DNA of 63,040 nucleotides, the filler included, from Anaerolineae bacterium (GTDB taxonomy: Bacteria; Chloroflexota; Anaerolineae; B4-G1; DUEL01), in the NCBI GenBank assembly GCA_041082215.1. It is 5 parts of 5 records of this genome, joined end to end, with 100 filler letters (N's around TTAATTAATTAA, not from the genome) between each part and the next. Parts side by side here need not be neighbours in the genome. Positions count along the whole stretch, not along the records: positions 29,798 to 54,326 come from JBDOIF010000071.1; 4 more parts are not named here. The stretch is one strand, 5' to 3'. The notes under the pieces were generated by a model. It ran no database searches and was not told where the DNA came from. It worked only from the letters and a program-made list of their open reading frames with translations. Made by a program: the position numbers and the translations under genes. Each line of letters begins with the position of its first letter. The stretch's first letter is position 1. Shown in pieces: positions 40,021 through 49,568 of the stretch.

Positions 40021-41079
40021 TCACCGGCGCTCATCGGGTTCCAGGGGACGGGCGAAGATCATCCGCCCTGCGGCGGTCTGCAACACCTTTGTCACCATTG
40101 CCTCGATCTCCGAGCCGATGTAAGAGCGGCCGTCCTCCACCACTACCATCGTTCCATCCTCCAGATAACCGACTCCCTGCCCGGCTTCTTTCCCTTCTTG
40201 AAGGATGTGCAGGGTCAGCGTTTCGCCAGGCAGATAGACGGCCCGCACGGCGTTAGCCAGCTCGTTGATGTTCAGGACAGGGACTCCCTGCAGCTCAGCA
40301 ACCCGGTTGAGATTATAATCGTTTGTGACGATCGCGCAACGGAGCCGCTTGGCCAGCAGCACCAGCTTGTCGTCCACGTCCCGCACCCCTTCCACATCCA
40401 TATCCACAATGCGGACGGGGCTGACCGACTCCTCCTGCAGCCGTCGCAGCATATCCAGCCCCCGCCGTCCCCGGTTGCGCCGCAGGGTGTCGGGGGAGTC
40501 GGCGATATGCTGGAGCTCATTGAGGATGAAGCGGGGCACCAGCATTTCGCCACGGATGAATCCGGTGCGGCTGACGTCGGCGATCCGGCCGTCAATGATG
40601 ACGCTGGTATCCAGCAAAACCGGTGGGGACTTGGGCCTTTCTTCCTCCTGCACTACGGCCAGCCGGCCGCGCCCCAGCAGGGCGAAGATCTCCTGCTGGC
40701 GGATGGTCATCACCATCACTCCCAGATAGCCGAAGAGGATGGCGGAGAGGAAGGGGAGGATCTGGTTGAAGGGCTGGGGGAGCAGCGACAGCGGGAAAGC
40801 GCTCAGAGCGGCGATGATGAGGCCGACGATCAGCCCCAGAGCGACGGCCACGAGCTGCTGGATCGGGACGCGGCGGATCTGCCGTCGGAGGAAGAGCAGG
40901 GGGCGAACCGTTATGTAAGGTGTGATCACCAGCCCTGCCAGCGCACCGACCAGGAGGAAGGTCACCCCGTAGAGGTAAGGGGAGGTGCCCGCCAGGTCGG
41001 CCAGATGGACCCCCAGGAATAACCCGCCAGTGGCCAGAATAAGCATACCGATGATCCGGGCGATGAATTCCGGACTCAT
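40021..41079 (-). CDS. Membrane PIN/TRAM-domain protein (YacL-like)
   Basis: Four TMs; LDTSVIIDGR, TNDYNL and GYLEDGTMVVVE. Confidence 0.92.
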   Translation of the reverse strand: MSPEFIARIIGMLILATGGLFLGVHLADLAGTSPYLYGVTFLLVGALAGLVITPYITVRPLLFLRRQIRRVPIQQLVAVALGLIVGLIIAALSAFPLSLLPQPFNQILPFLSAILFGYLGVMVMTIRQQEIFALLGRGRLAVVQEEERPKSPPVLLDTSVIIDGRIADVSRTGFIRGEMLVPRFILNELQHIADSPDTLRRNRGRRGLDMLRRLQEESVSPVRIVDMDVEGVRDVDDKLVLLAKRLRCAIVTNDYNLNRVAELQGVPVLNINELANAVRAVYLPGETLTLHILQEGKEAGQGVGYLEDGTMVVVEDGRSYIGSEIEAMVTKVLQTAAGRMIFARPLEPDERR

Positions 41080-41336
41080 GATACCCTCCTTATGTTAATG
41101 AATGGGGATGATTGGATAATTTAAAATGATGAACTGATAACAAAGAACCGACGGAGCCTGGCGCAACACGCGCCTGTCCATCGGCTGCCATTGGGTCCGG
41201 TTGCCCCGATCAGATGATACGGCAAAGAATAATGAAGTGATGATAATGACCGCAGGAGACAGGCTTCCGAACACGTTGGGCCGAAGGCACCCTCATCTTA
41301 TCACAACCGCCACCAAAAGTCAACGACTACCCGGAC

Positions 41337-41960
41337 TTACAACTCCACCAGAAACCGGCAGGCCCTTTCCCCCATCGCCCGGCAGCCGATCTCCCGCACA
41401 GGGTATTCCCGTCCGGTGGCCCACTGCACCGCCTCGCCGATGGAGCCGACGTAGAGATGGCAGACGGGCTCCTCTGCCTGCTGGCCGTAACAGACGGCGC
41501 AGGAGTAATCGGCGAAGACCGGCCCCTCCGGCGTTTCTTCGATGAGGATGCAGACTTCGTCGTTGGTGTCCATCAGTGCTTTGGCCATCTGGTTGAGGAT
41601 GAAGTGAAGGCGGGCCTTCTGAGGCATCAGCTTGAGGCCGACTCCCACCAGCCCCATCAGCGTCGCCTGCTCTTCCACGCCGTAGCGAAAGGAGGCCCGG
41701 CCGATCCGCCGCAGCATCCCTTTCCCCGCCCGCCCATAGAAGGACTGCACCGCCCGGTTCAGCGCGGCATACTCGCTGGCATGGGCTCCCAGCTCCAGAT
41801 CGTCCGGCGGGAGGCTGCCGATATACCGCTCCAGCCCCGCCTCGCGCAGCACCACGTTGAGGCCCTGGGTCCCCATTACCTCCTCGATGGCCAGGATCGC
41901 CTGGCGCATGAGGGCGTTGACCAGTCGCCACCTCTGGGGTTCCCGACATTCCTGTGTCAT
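41337..41960 (-). CDS. V4R (4-vinyl reductase) domain protein
   Basis: CAVC...PVCH...EIGCRAMGERAC pattern. Confidence 0.8.
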   Translation of the reverse strand: MTQECREPQRWRLVNALMRQAILAIEEVMGTQGLNVVLREAGLERYIGSLPPDDLELGAHASEYAALNRAVQSFYGRAGKGMLRRIGRASFRYGVEEQATLMGLVGVGLKLMPQKARLHFILNQMAKALMDTNDEVCILIEETPEGPVFADYSCAVCYGQQAEEPVCHLYVGSIGEAVQWATGREYPVREIGCRAMGERACRFLVEL

Positions 41961-43831
41961 CTCTGCTCCTTTCCTCTCCTGCTATGGTGCCCGCCGCTGC
42001 GCAGATGATACGGCACATCTATGATGACCCGCTGAAAGCCCAGTCGTCGCCGCCGGTAGAGAAGCGCCGCTTTCAACAGCCAGGCTGTCTGGTTGTGGAG
42101 CAGGTTGTGCCACCAGCCCGCCGGGACGAACTCCGGCAGGATAATGACCGCCTGTTGCCCGTCGTTGTGCTGCCGGTCGGTCTCATCCAGAAAATCCAGC
42201 AGCGGCCCGACGATGGAGCGGTACGGCGAGGGCAGGATGACCAGCGGCACGTCGGGCCACCAGAGCTCCCATTTCTGCCGCACCCGCTCCCCGCTCCCCG
42301 GCTCCAGTTCCACATAAACTGCCGTTACCTCCCGGGCGATGGAGCGGGCGAAGTTGACGGCATCCACGACACCCCGGTGGACACCGGAGATAGGGATGAC
42401 CACCCGGGGGCGCGGGGGAATTTCCAGGGAAGGGGGCAGGCCGTGAAGGGAGAGTTCTCGAGCCACTTCCTGGTAGTGGGCCCGGACCCGGAGGAACCAG
42501 GTAACGATGAGGGGGATGGTCAGAAGAGTGATCCAGGCCCCTTCGGTGAATTTACTGACCCCCACGGCCAGCGTGGTCAGGCCGGTCGCCAGGGCGCCCA
42601 GGCCGTTCAGCGCCGCCTTCAGCCACCAGCCGTGCCCCCGCTCCCGCGCCCAGTGGACGACCATGCCGGCCTGGGAGAGGGTGAAAGCCAGAAAGACCCC
42701 GACAGCGAAGAGTGGGATGAGGGCGTGGGAATCGCCGCCGAAAAACAAAATCAGGCCGCCGGTGGCGAAGGCCAGCGCGACGATGCCGTTGGAGAAGACC
42801 AGCCGGTCGCCCAGGCCGGCCAGTTGCCGGGGGAGGAAGCCGTCCCGGGCCAGGATAGCCGCCAGACGGGGGAAACCGGCGAAACTGGTGTTGGCCGCCA
42901 CGGTCAGGATGAACAGGGTGCTGAACTGGATCAACAGGTAGGCCGGGCCGCTCCCCAGAAGCCGCCGGGCCAGCGCGGAGAGGATGGTCTCGTCCGCTCG
43001 GGGGATCACGGCCAGCGCCTGGGTCAGCCCGATGCTGCCGACAAAGAGGACGGCCATCAGGATAGCCATCGCGACCAGGGTCCGTCCCGCGTTGCGGGCC
43101 TCCGGTGGCCGGAAGGCTGGCACCCCGTTGCTGATGGCCTCGATGCCGGTCAAAGCGGTGCAGCCGGTGGCGAAGGCGTGGAGGATCAGGAAGGGCGTCA
43201 CCGGTTCGGCAGGGGGCGGGGCTACGCGGGCCATGTCCCCCGGCCCCTCCAGCGCCAGCCGTGCCATTCCCCAGGCCAGCATCGGCAGATACGTGCCCAG
43301 GAACAGATAGACGGGAACGGCCATGGCCGTCCCCGCCTCCTGAATCCCGCGCAGGTTGAGCAGGGTGATGACGCCCAGCAGGAGGAGGGCCAGTTGCACC
43401 CGATAGAGCCAGAGCATCGGGAATGCGGAGGCGATGGCCTCTACCCCCGCCGTCAGGCTGACCGCCGCTGTCAGCGTATAGCCCACCATCAGCGCGGCGG
43501 CGGTGACCAGGCCCGGCAGCGTCCCCAGGTTTTCCCGGGCCACCGTGTATGAGCCGCCGCCGGTGGGGTAGCCGTGGATGGTCTGGAAATAGGAAAGGGC
43601 CACCAGTACCAGGAGGCCCGTGATGGTCAGGCCGATGGGGAACGCCAGCGAAAGCCCCGCCGCCCCGGCAACGGCCAGTCCCAGATAGATTTCCTGGTTA
43701 GCATAGGCGATAGACGAGAGGGCATCGGGAGAGAACGCTGCCAGTGCCCGGATTTTGTTCAGCCGCTTGTGGGCCAGTTGCTGGGTCGGCAGCGGCGAGC
43801 CGATCAGCAAGTGGCGGAGTCGTTCGAGCAT
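41957..43831 (-). CDS. APC-family permease, KimA/YdaO-like
   Basis: DALSSIAY, GGGSY, GCTALTGIEAISN and LLHNQT. Confidence 0.88.
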   Translation of the reverse strand: MLERLRHLLIGSPLPTQQLAHKRLNKIRALAAFSPDALSSIAYANQEIYLGLAVAGAAGLSLAFPIGLTITGLLVLVALSYFQTIHGYPTGGGSYTVARENLGTLPGLVTAAALMVGYTLTAAVSLTAGVEAIASAFPMLWLYRVQLALLLLGVITLLNLRGIQEAGTAMAVPVYLFLGTYLPMLAWGMARLALEGPGDMARVAPPPAEPVTPFLILHAFATGCTALTGIEAISNGVPAFRPPEARNAGRTLVAMAILMAVLFVGSIGLTQALAVIPRADETILSALARRLLGSGPAYLLIQFSTLFILTVAANTSFAGFPRLAAILARDGFLPRQLAGLGDRLVFSNGIVALAFATGGLILFFGGDSHALIPLFAVGVFLAFTLSQAGMVVHWARERGHGWWLKAALNGLGALATGLTTLAVGVSKFTEGAWITLLTIPLIVTWFLRVRAHYQEVARELSLHGLPPSLEIPPRPRVVIPISGVHRGVVDAVNFARSIAREVTAVYVELEPGSGERVRQKWELWWPDVPLVILPSPYRSIVGPLLDFLDETDRQHNDGQQAVIILPEFVPAGWWHNLLHNQTAWLLKAALLYRRRRLGFQRVIIDVPYHLRSGGHHSRRGKEQR

Positions 43832-43913
43832 ATGGGCCTCGAATCTCGTTTTTAAATGTATCCAGTAGCTCCATAATCATACCACATTTTCCTGTTTCCT
43901 CCATCGGCGGGAC

Positions 43914-44104
43914 GGGCGTACTTCAATTTTGGGGCGAGTGGTCCTCTCGCCCGCCGATGGATCGCGAATCCCACGAATGGCCCGAATACCGCGAACAGGA
44001 GGGATCCCTGCCCCATTCGCGGTGTTCGTTTCCATTCGCGTCATTCGTGTTTCCCCAGGTCCGGCCCAGGCGGGGGACATCTCGCCCCAGACTGAAACAC
44101 ACCT
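43914..44104 (+). mobile_element. MITE family B copy 4 (191 bp)
   Basis: Same TIRs and core; flanks CGGCGGGAC / CGGCGGAAC (9 bp, 1 mismatch). Confidence 0.9.
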
Positions 44105-44250
44105 CGGCGGAACCGGACTTTTGCCGGTGGGAGGGGGAACCCGGGCAGCTCTTTGTGCGTCTGGAAGTAAAGAAGCCTTGCTGGGCCCGCGGGATGAGAA
44201 AGGGCTCAACTGCGCAGATTCCGCCAAAATCTAAGGAGGGAGAGATAACC

Positions 44251-44514
44251 ATGTCTGGCAGAGGGTACAGGATCGTAGCAGTGCTGATGTTGATCGGGGT
44301 GATGCTCAGCGGCTGCAGCCGGGACGATGGAGAGACCGGACAGGCTGGCGTGCCGAATCCGGCTTCCGCCTATTGTGAGGAGCAGGGCTACACGCTGGAG
44401 ATCCGCACCGACGAGAACGGCGGACAGTACGGCGTCTGCGTCTTCCCCGACGGCAGCGAATGCGACGAGTGGGCGTTCTATCGGGGCGAGTGCGGCCCGG
44501 GCGGAGAGGAGTAG
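44251..44514 (+). CDS. DUF333 small lipoprotein
   Basis: Lipobox LSGC; NPASAYC...GVC.FPDGSECDEWAFYRGEC. Confidence 0.88.
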   Translation: MSGRGYRIVAVLMLIGVMLSGCSRDDGETGQAGVPNPASAYCEEQGYTLEIRTDENGGQYGVCVFPDGSECDEWAFYRGECGPGGEE

Positions 44515-44541
44515 GGGAGAGCGAAACGCCCTCTTCCCATT

Positions 44542-44576
44542 CAGGTGGCAGTCACCGGGGAGGTGACTGCCACCTG
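44542..44576. repeat. Perfect 15-bp palindrome (REP-like or bidirectional terminator)
   Basis: CAGGTGGCAGTCACC-GGGGA-GGTGACTGCCACCTG. Confidence 0.75.
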
Positions 44577-44615
44577 CTTTCCGACACCGGTGGGTCCGGG
44601 CTGATGAGGTACAGG

Positions 44616-44689
44616 TGCCCCTGGCGCGATTCGAACGCGCGACCAAGAACTTAGGAGGTTCCTGCTCTGTCCTTCTGAGCTACAGGGGC
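44616..44689 (-). tRNA. tRNA-Arg(CCT)
   Basis: GCCCCTG acceptor, CT-CCT-AA loop, GTTCGAAT. Confidence 0.95.
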
Positions 44690-44756
44690 CTGCCTTCAAA
44701 TTATAACACGGTCGCCAGGGGGAGACAAGGGCTTTCGAACACTCAATCAGGCGATC

Positions 44757-45860
44757 CTACGTCGGGCTGAACCGGAAGAGACAGACGTCGCCGTCCTGCA
44801 CCCGATACTCCCGCCCCTCCACGCGGATCAGTCCCCGCTCGCGGGCAGCTCCCCATCCCCCAGCCCTGACCAGCTCCTCCCACCCGATCACCTCGGCCCG
44901 GATAAAGCCCCGCTCCATATCGCTGTGGACCCGACCGGCCGCCTCGGGCGCCAGGGCTCCTCGCCGCACCGACCATGCACGGACCTCCCGCCCGCCGACA
45001 AGGGTGAAAAAGGTGATCAGGTCCAGCGTCTGATAGCCGGCCCAGACCAGGGCTTCCAGGCCCGATCGCTCCAGACCGACCGCTGCCCGGTACTCGGCTG
45101 CCTCCTCGGGAGGCCACTCCGCCAGATCGGCCTCCAGCCGGGCGCAGAGGACAACGCAGGGGACCCCCTCTACCTCCGCCACGGCCGCTACCGCCGCCGC
45201 CTGCTCCCCTCCGTCCGGCAGGTCCTCCTCGCCGACGTTGGCCACGTACAGGCGGGGCTTGGCCGTCAACAGGTGGAGCTCCTGCGCCAGGGCGGCCTGC
45301 TCCTCCCCTTCCAGCGCCCACCGATGGGCCTGCTCCCCCCGCTGCAACCGCGCCTCCAGCTCCTCCAGCAGCCCGACCTCCCCCGCCACCTCTTTCGGGC
45401 GGGCCTTGGCCGCCGTGCGCGTCTTCTCCAACCGGCGCTGGACCGTCTCCAGATCGGCCAGGGCCAGCTCCAGGTCCAGCACCTCCAGGTCCCGCACCGG
45501 ATCGAGACTCCCCTCCACGTGGGCGACATCCGGGTCGGCGAAGCAGCGGGCTACCACCGCCACCGCCTCCACCTCCCGGATGTGGGCCAGAAAGCGGTTG
45601 CCCAGCCCCTCCCCCCGGTGTGAACCCCGGACCAGTCCGGCGATGTCCACGAACTCCACTGTTGCTGGCGTGACCTGCTCCGGCCCCACCAGCCGGGCCA
45701 GCGCCTCCAGCCGCCGGTCGGGCACCGATGCGATACCCCGATTGGGATCAATGGTGGTAAAAGGATAGGCCGCCACAGCGGCCCCGGCCCGGGTCAGTGC
45801 GTTGAAAAGGGTGGACTTTCCCACGTTGGGGAGGCCCACAATGCCGATCTGGAGGCTCAT
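44757..45860 (-). CDS. ychF: Redox-regulated ATPase YchF
   Basis: GLPNVGKST, YPFTT, DIAGLV and GFIRAEV. Confidence 0.96.
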   Translation of the reverse strand: MSLQIGIVGLPNVGKSTLFNALTRAGAAVAAYPFTTIDPNRGIASVPDRRLEALARLVGPEQVTPATVEFVDIAGLVRGSHRGEGLGNRFLAHIREVEAVAVVARCFADPDVAHVEGSLDPVRDLEVLDLELALADLETVQRRLEKTRTAAKARPKEVAGEVGLLEELEARLQRGEQAHRWALEGEEQAALAQELHLLTAKPRLYVANVGEEDLPDGGEQAAAVAAVAEVEGVPCVVLCARLEADLAEWPPEEAAEYRAAVGLERSGLEALVWAGYQTLDLITFFTLVGGREVRAWSVRRGALAPEAAGRVHSDMERGFIRAEVIGWEELVRAGGWGAARERGLIRVEGREYRVQDGDVCLFRFSPT

Positions 45861-48800
45861 TCTCCGTCCTGCCCCTGTGGTGGTGGGACGCGGATGGGCA
45901 GGGCGATGGTGAAGGTGCTCCCTTCGTTCAGGGCGGATTTCACCCACACCCGCCCTCCGTGCCGCTCGACGATGGATTTGACGATGGCCAGTCCCAACCC
46001 GCTCCCACGGACATCCTCCGTATCCCGGCGACGGATGCGGTAGAACTTCTCAAAGAGGCGCACCTGATCCTCCGGGGCGATGCCGATGCCCGTGTCGGTC
46101 ACGATGATGAGCACCTCCTGACCCACGCGCCGGATTCCCACCGTCACCGAGCCGCCGGACGGCGTGTACTTGATGGCGTTATCCACCAGGTTGGCTACCG
46201 CCTGCCGCAGAAGGGTGGCGTCTCCCAGGATGACCGGCGCCGGTTCCGAGGCTTCCAGCCGGAGGACCAGCCCCTTAGCGGTCGCCCGGGCGCGCATCCC
46301 GTCCACCGCCTCTACCACCAGCGCCCCAAGATGGCAGGGCCGCTCCTCCAGCCCGACCCCTGCCTCGATCCGGCCCAGGTTCAGCAGGTCCTCGATCAGC
46401 CTCCCCATCTGTTCGATGCCGATCAGGATTTTATCCAGGTACTCCTGCTGCTTCTCGTTGAGCTCCCCCACCATCGGCAGCATCGTGGCGTACCCGCGCA
46501 TAAAGGTGAGGGGGGCCCGCAGGTCGTGGGAGACGGTGGCGACGAACTCCGACTTCATCTCGTCCAGCTCTTTGAAGTGGGTGATGTCCCGCATCACCAC
46601 GACCCGGCCCATGTTCTCCCCGTCGGCGCTGAGGATGGTGGACGCGCTGGCGTAGAAGGTACGGCCGTCGGCCAGCGGCACTTCCTCCACCAGCGGTCCG
46701 GCCCTGCCCAGGGGACTGGTGAAGATGCGGGTCAGCTCCGGCCCCAGCGGAGTTTCCTCCACCCGGTGGCCGATCAGTTCGTCTGAAAGGAGGCCCAGGG
46801 CCCGTTCGGCGGCCGGGTTGACCAGCAGCAGCCGGTCGTCCCGGTCGGTCACCAGAACGGCGTCGCCGGTGCTGGCAAGGATGGCCGCCAGACGCCGTCG
46901 CCCTCCTTCCGCCATCTGGAACAGTCGGGCGTTCTCGATCAGAACCGCTGTCTGGCTGGCAAGCGTGGAAAGGAGGTCCCGCTCCGACGCCTCGAACTGG
47001 CGGGGCTGGGGGAAGCCCACCCACATCACCGCCACCGCCCGCCCCTTGCTCCGGACCGAGAGGGCGATGGCAGCCTGGATCTGTTCGGGCAGGGGGCCGG
47101 ATTCCGCCAGGGTGCGGACGCGGCGGAGGTTCTCGATGGGCAGTGGCTGCTCCGCATCCCGGGCTGCCAGGGCCAGGGCCCGGTCCAGCGTGCTGATGCC
47201 CTCCACCATATTCCCCCGCCCGATCACCACCTGGGGGTCCCCCGTGGCAGAGAGGAGGACGATGCGGGCGACGGAAGCGCCCGTCGCCTGGATCGCCCCC
47301 TCCAGGATCGGCGGCATCCCCTGGGCGATGTCCAGCGTCGCCGAGACCTCCTGGGCCACACGGAGGAGCAGGGAGAGGTCCTCCAGCCGCCCCTTCAGCC
47401 CGATCCGCATCTTCTCGAAAGCGTCCCCTACCCGCGCCACTTCGTCGTCGCCTGCCACATGGACCGGCTGTTCCAGGTCCCCACGCGCGATCTGCTCGGC
47501 GGCGCGGGCCAGCAGGTTGAGGGGGCGGGTTAGCTGGCTGGTGGCAAGGGGGATGACCACCCCCACGCCAGCGGTCAGGGCGGTGAGGAGCAACAACAGT
47601 GGTGCGGCGATGCGGGTCGCCAGGCCCAGCACCACCTCATAGGGGAGCAAAACCACCACTGCCCAGGGGTATCCTCCCACCTGCACGTAACAGGCCAGTT
47701 GGCGGGCGTTCGTCCGGGTATCGCGGCTTTCCCGCACCCATCCCTGCCCTTCTGGAAGGCTCTCCAGCAGCGGACGGCTCAGGTCCGTCTGCCACCGCTC
47801 CAGCAGCCGTGCCGGGTTCGGGTGGACGACGATGCGTCCGGTGGCATCCACGACAAATCCCTCTCCCTGCTGCATTGTCCATTGCAACCCCGTCAGCACC
47901 TGATCCAGGATGGGGTTGAGGTCAATCTCGACCCGACCGACCAGCACCCCGTGCCGTTCCCCCCCCTCCGGTCGCTCCAGGGGGCTGAGGAAGGAGAGGA
48001 GAATCTTGCCATCCGGGGTCCGGTGGACCTGAGTGGTCTGCAGGCCGCCGGTGGTCATAACCACCCCCATCAGCTCAGCCTCTTCCTGAGTGGGCATCAC
48101 CTCCGCCGACGTAGCCTCTGGATAGGTGCAGAACACCTCTCCGTTTCCACCATAGGCGGTGAGGCGGCTGAAATACGGGAGCATCTGTACGGAACTCTGG
48201 AGCCGCACCCGACAGGTAGCCTCATCTCCGCTCCAGATTTCTGGCTCACCGGCGAACTGACGGATCAGGCTCTGGCCGGTAGAGATGAACTGCCATACCC
48301 CCTCCGCCCCGTTAGTGGCATCGCGCAGCATGGCGTCCACTGCCTGTCGGGTGGCGATGTCTATAGCCGTGTTGCCGACAGCGTAGACCAGGACTCCTAT
48401 CATCAGGATGAAGAGGGGGATAAAGAGGGACTGCAGGCGGCGGTTCAACGTCCGGCTGTAGGGAGGAGGGCGGCGTGCGATCTTCACCGGACGCACGCTG
48501 GGGAAGGGGAGGTAAACAAGCTGGAGCAACACGCCGTAAGCGGAGAACTCCACCAGCCCCAACTGGGATGTGACCTTCATAAGAGTCCAGGCATAGTCCA
48601 GGGCAGCCAGCGCTCCGCCGGGCACGTAGGCGGGCACGAAGGTGGAAAACAGGACCAGCGGCTGGGTCACGATCGCCACCCCGGTCAGTGCGACAACGGG
48701 TTGGCGGACCAGCCACATCAGCCGCCCCCGGTAGTCCTGCCGCAGGAAGTAGGCGACCAGTGCCGCCTGGAAGGCCAGATTGAAGGGTTCCAGCGGATTG

Positions 48801-49189
48801 TGACTGCCCCCCCCGGCCCGGAAGACCCCCGCCACAAGCCCCAGCAGCGCCGCCGGGCCAGCCCCTGTCCAGGCTGCACCGACCGCCACCGGCAGAAGCC
48901 CCAGCAGAGGCAACCCCGGCACGACCGGCTCGGCTGCCCGATAAGGAGGCGGCAGCAGATCGGAGGGGCGGGGGCGCAGGATCAGCAGGTTGTTGAGGAA
49001 AGGGGTGAGGAACAGGAGAAGCAGGAACAGGAGCAGACGACGGCCGCGCAAGGCCCCAAAGTCCCTCCTTCTCCCTATGAGAAGCAGGAGAAGGCCAAGA
49101 GCATATGCGGCCAGGGTAAGGGCGGCCTCCCAACGCCCCATCCACTCGAAAAAGGGAAACAACCCGCTGCCCCAGAACTCGATCCCCAT
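45857..49189 (-). CDS. Multi-TM sensor histidine kinase (Cache, HAMP, GAF, PAS, HisKA, HATPase)
   Basis: SHDLRAPL, NLVDNAIKY, DTGIG and GSGLGL. Confidence 0.93.
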   Translation of the reverse strand: MGIEFWGSGLFPFFEWMGRWEAALTLAAYALGLLLLLIGRRRDFGALRGRRLLLFLLLLFLTPFLNNLLILRPRPSDLLPPPYRAAEPVVPGLPLLGLLPVAVGAAWTGAGPAALLGLVAGVFRAGGGSHNPLEPFNLAFQAALVAYFLRQDYRGRLMWLVRQPVVALTGVAIVTQPLVLFSTFVPAYVPGGALAALDYAWTLMKVTSQLGLVEFSAYGVLLQLVYLPFPSVRPVKIARRPPPYSRTLNRRLQSLFIPLFILMIGVLVYAVGNTAIDIATRQAVDAMLRDATNGAEGVWQFISTGQSLIRQFAGEPEIWSGDEATCRVRLQSSVQMLPYFSRLTAYGGNGEVFCTYPEATSAEVMPTQEEAELMGVVMTTGGLQTTQVHRTPDGKILLSFLSPLERPEGGERHGVLVGRVEIDLNPILDQVLTGLQWTMQQGEGFVVDATGRIVVHPNPARLLERWQTDLSRPLLESLPEGQGWVRESRDTRTNARQLACYVQVGGYPWAVVVLLPYEVVLGLATRIAAPLLLLLTALTAGVGVVIPLATSQLTRPLNLLARAAEQIARGDLEQPVHVAGDDEVARVGDAFEKMRIGLKGRLEDLSLLLRVAQEVSATLDIAQGMPPILEGAIQATGASVARIVLLSATGDPQVVIGRGNMVEGISTLDRALALAARDAEQPLPIENLRRVRTLAESGPLPEQIQAAIALSVRSKGRAVAVMWVGFPQPRQFEASERDLLSTLASQTAVLIENARLFQMAEGGRRRLAAILASTGDAVLVTDRDDRLLLVNPAAERALGLLSDELIGHRVEETPLGPELTRIFTSPLGRAGPLVEEVPLADGRTFYASASTILSADGENMGRVVVMRDITHFKELDEMKSEFVATVSHDLRAPLTFMRGYATMLPMVGELNEKQQEYLDKILIGIEQMGRLIEDLLNLGRIEAGVGLEERPCHLGALVVEAVDGMRARATAKGLVLRLEASEPAPVILGDATLLRQAVANLVDNAIKYTPSGGSVTVGIRRVGQEVLIIVTDTGIGIAPEDQVRLFEKFYRIRRRDTEDVRGSGLGLAIVKSIVERHGGRVWVKSALNEGSTFTIALPIRVPPPQGQDGE

Positions 49190-49307
49190 CCGATATGCCG
49201 CCTCAAGGCCACAATGGAAAGATTAACAGAAATTATACACCGAAATTTTGATCCCGCAAAGAGATGATGAGGGCAGAACGGGGCTTCCCTTAGCGCTCCC
49301 TCCAGCC

Positions 49308-49568
49308 TCAGGCGCTGGCCCCTTTCTGAACCTGATCCAGATAGAAGCGATACGCATCCTCCACCGTCCGTACCTTCCAGGCCGATTCCACCGGGATAGG
49401 GATGCCCATCTCTTCCAGCCGGAGCATCATCTCCACCATCTGGATCGAATCTGCCAGCAGGTCTTCAACGAAGGAGGCTTCCGGCACCACCTGTGCCTCG
49501 TCCACATCCAGCTCCTCAGCGATGATCCGTCGAAACTCCTCGAACGTGATCTTCCTGATTTTCATCAT
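49308..49568 (-). CDS. Acyl carrier protein
   Basis: EDLLADSIQMVE phosphopantetheine-attachment motif; acidic, ~86 aa. Confidence 0.88.
   Translation of the reverse strand: MMKIRKITFEEFRRIIAEELDVDEAQVVPEASFVEDLLADSIQMVEMMLRLEEMGIPIPVESAWKVRTVEDAYRFYLDQVQKGASA

Noticed and set aside
43832..43913. c-di-AMP (ydaO) riboswitch upstream of the KimA-like gene
   Set aside because: Only about 80 bp before the MITE and no recognisable aptamer motifs.
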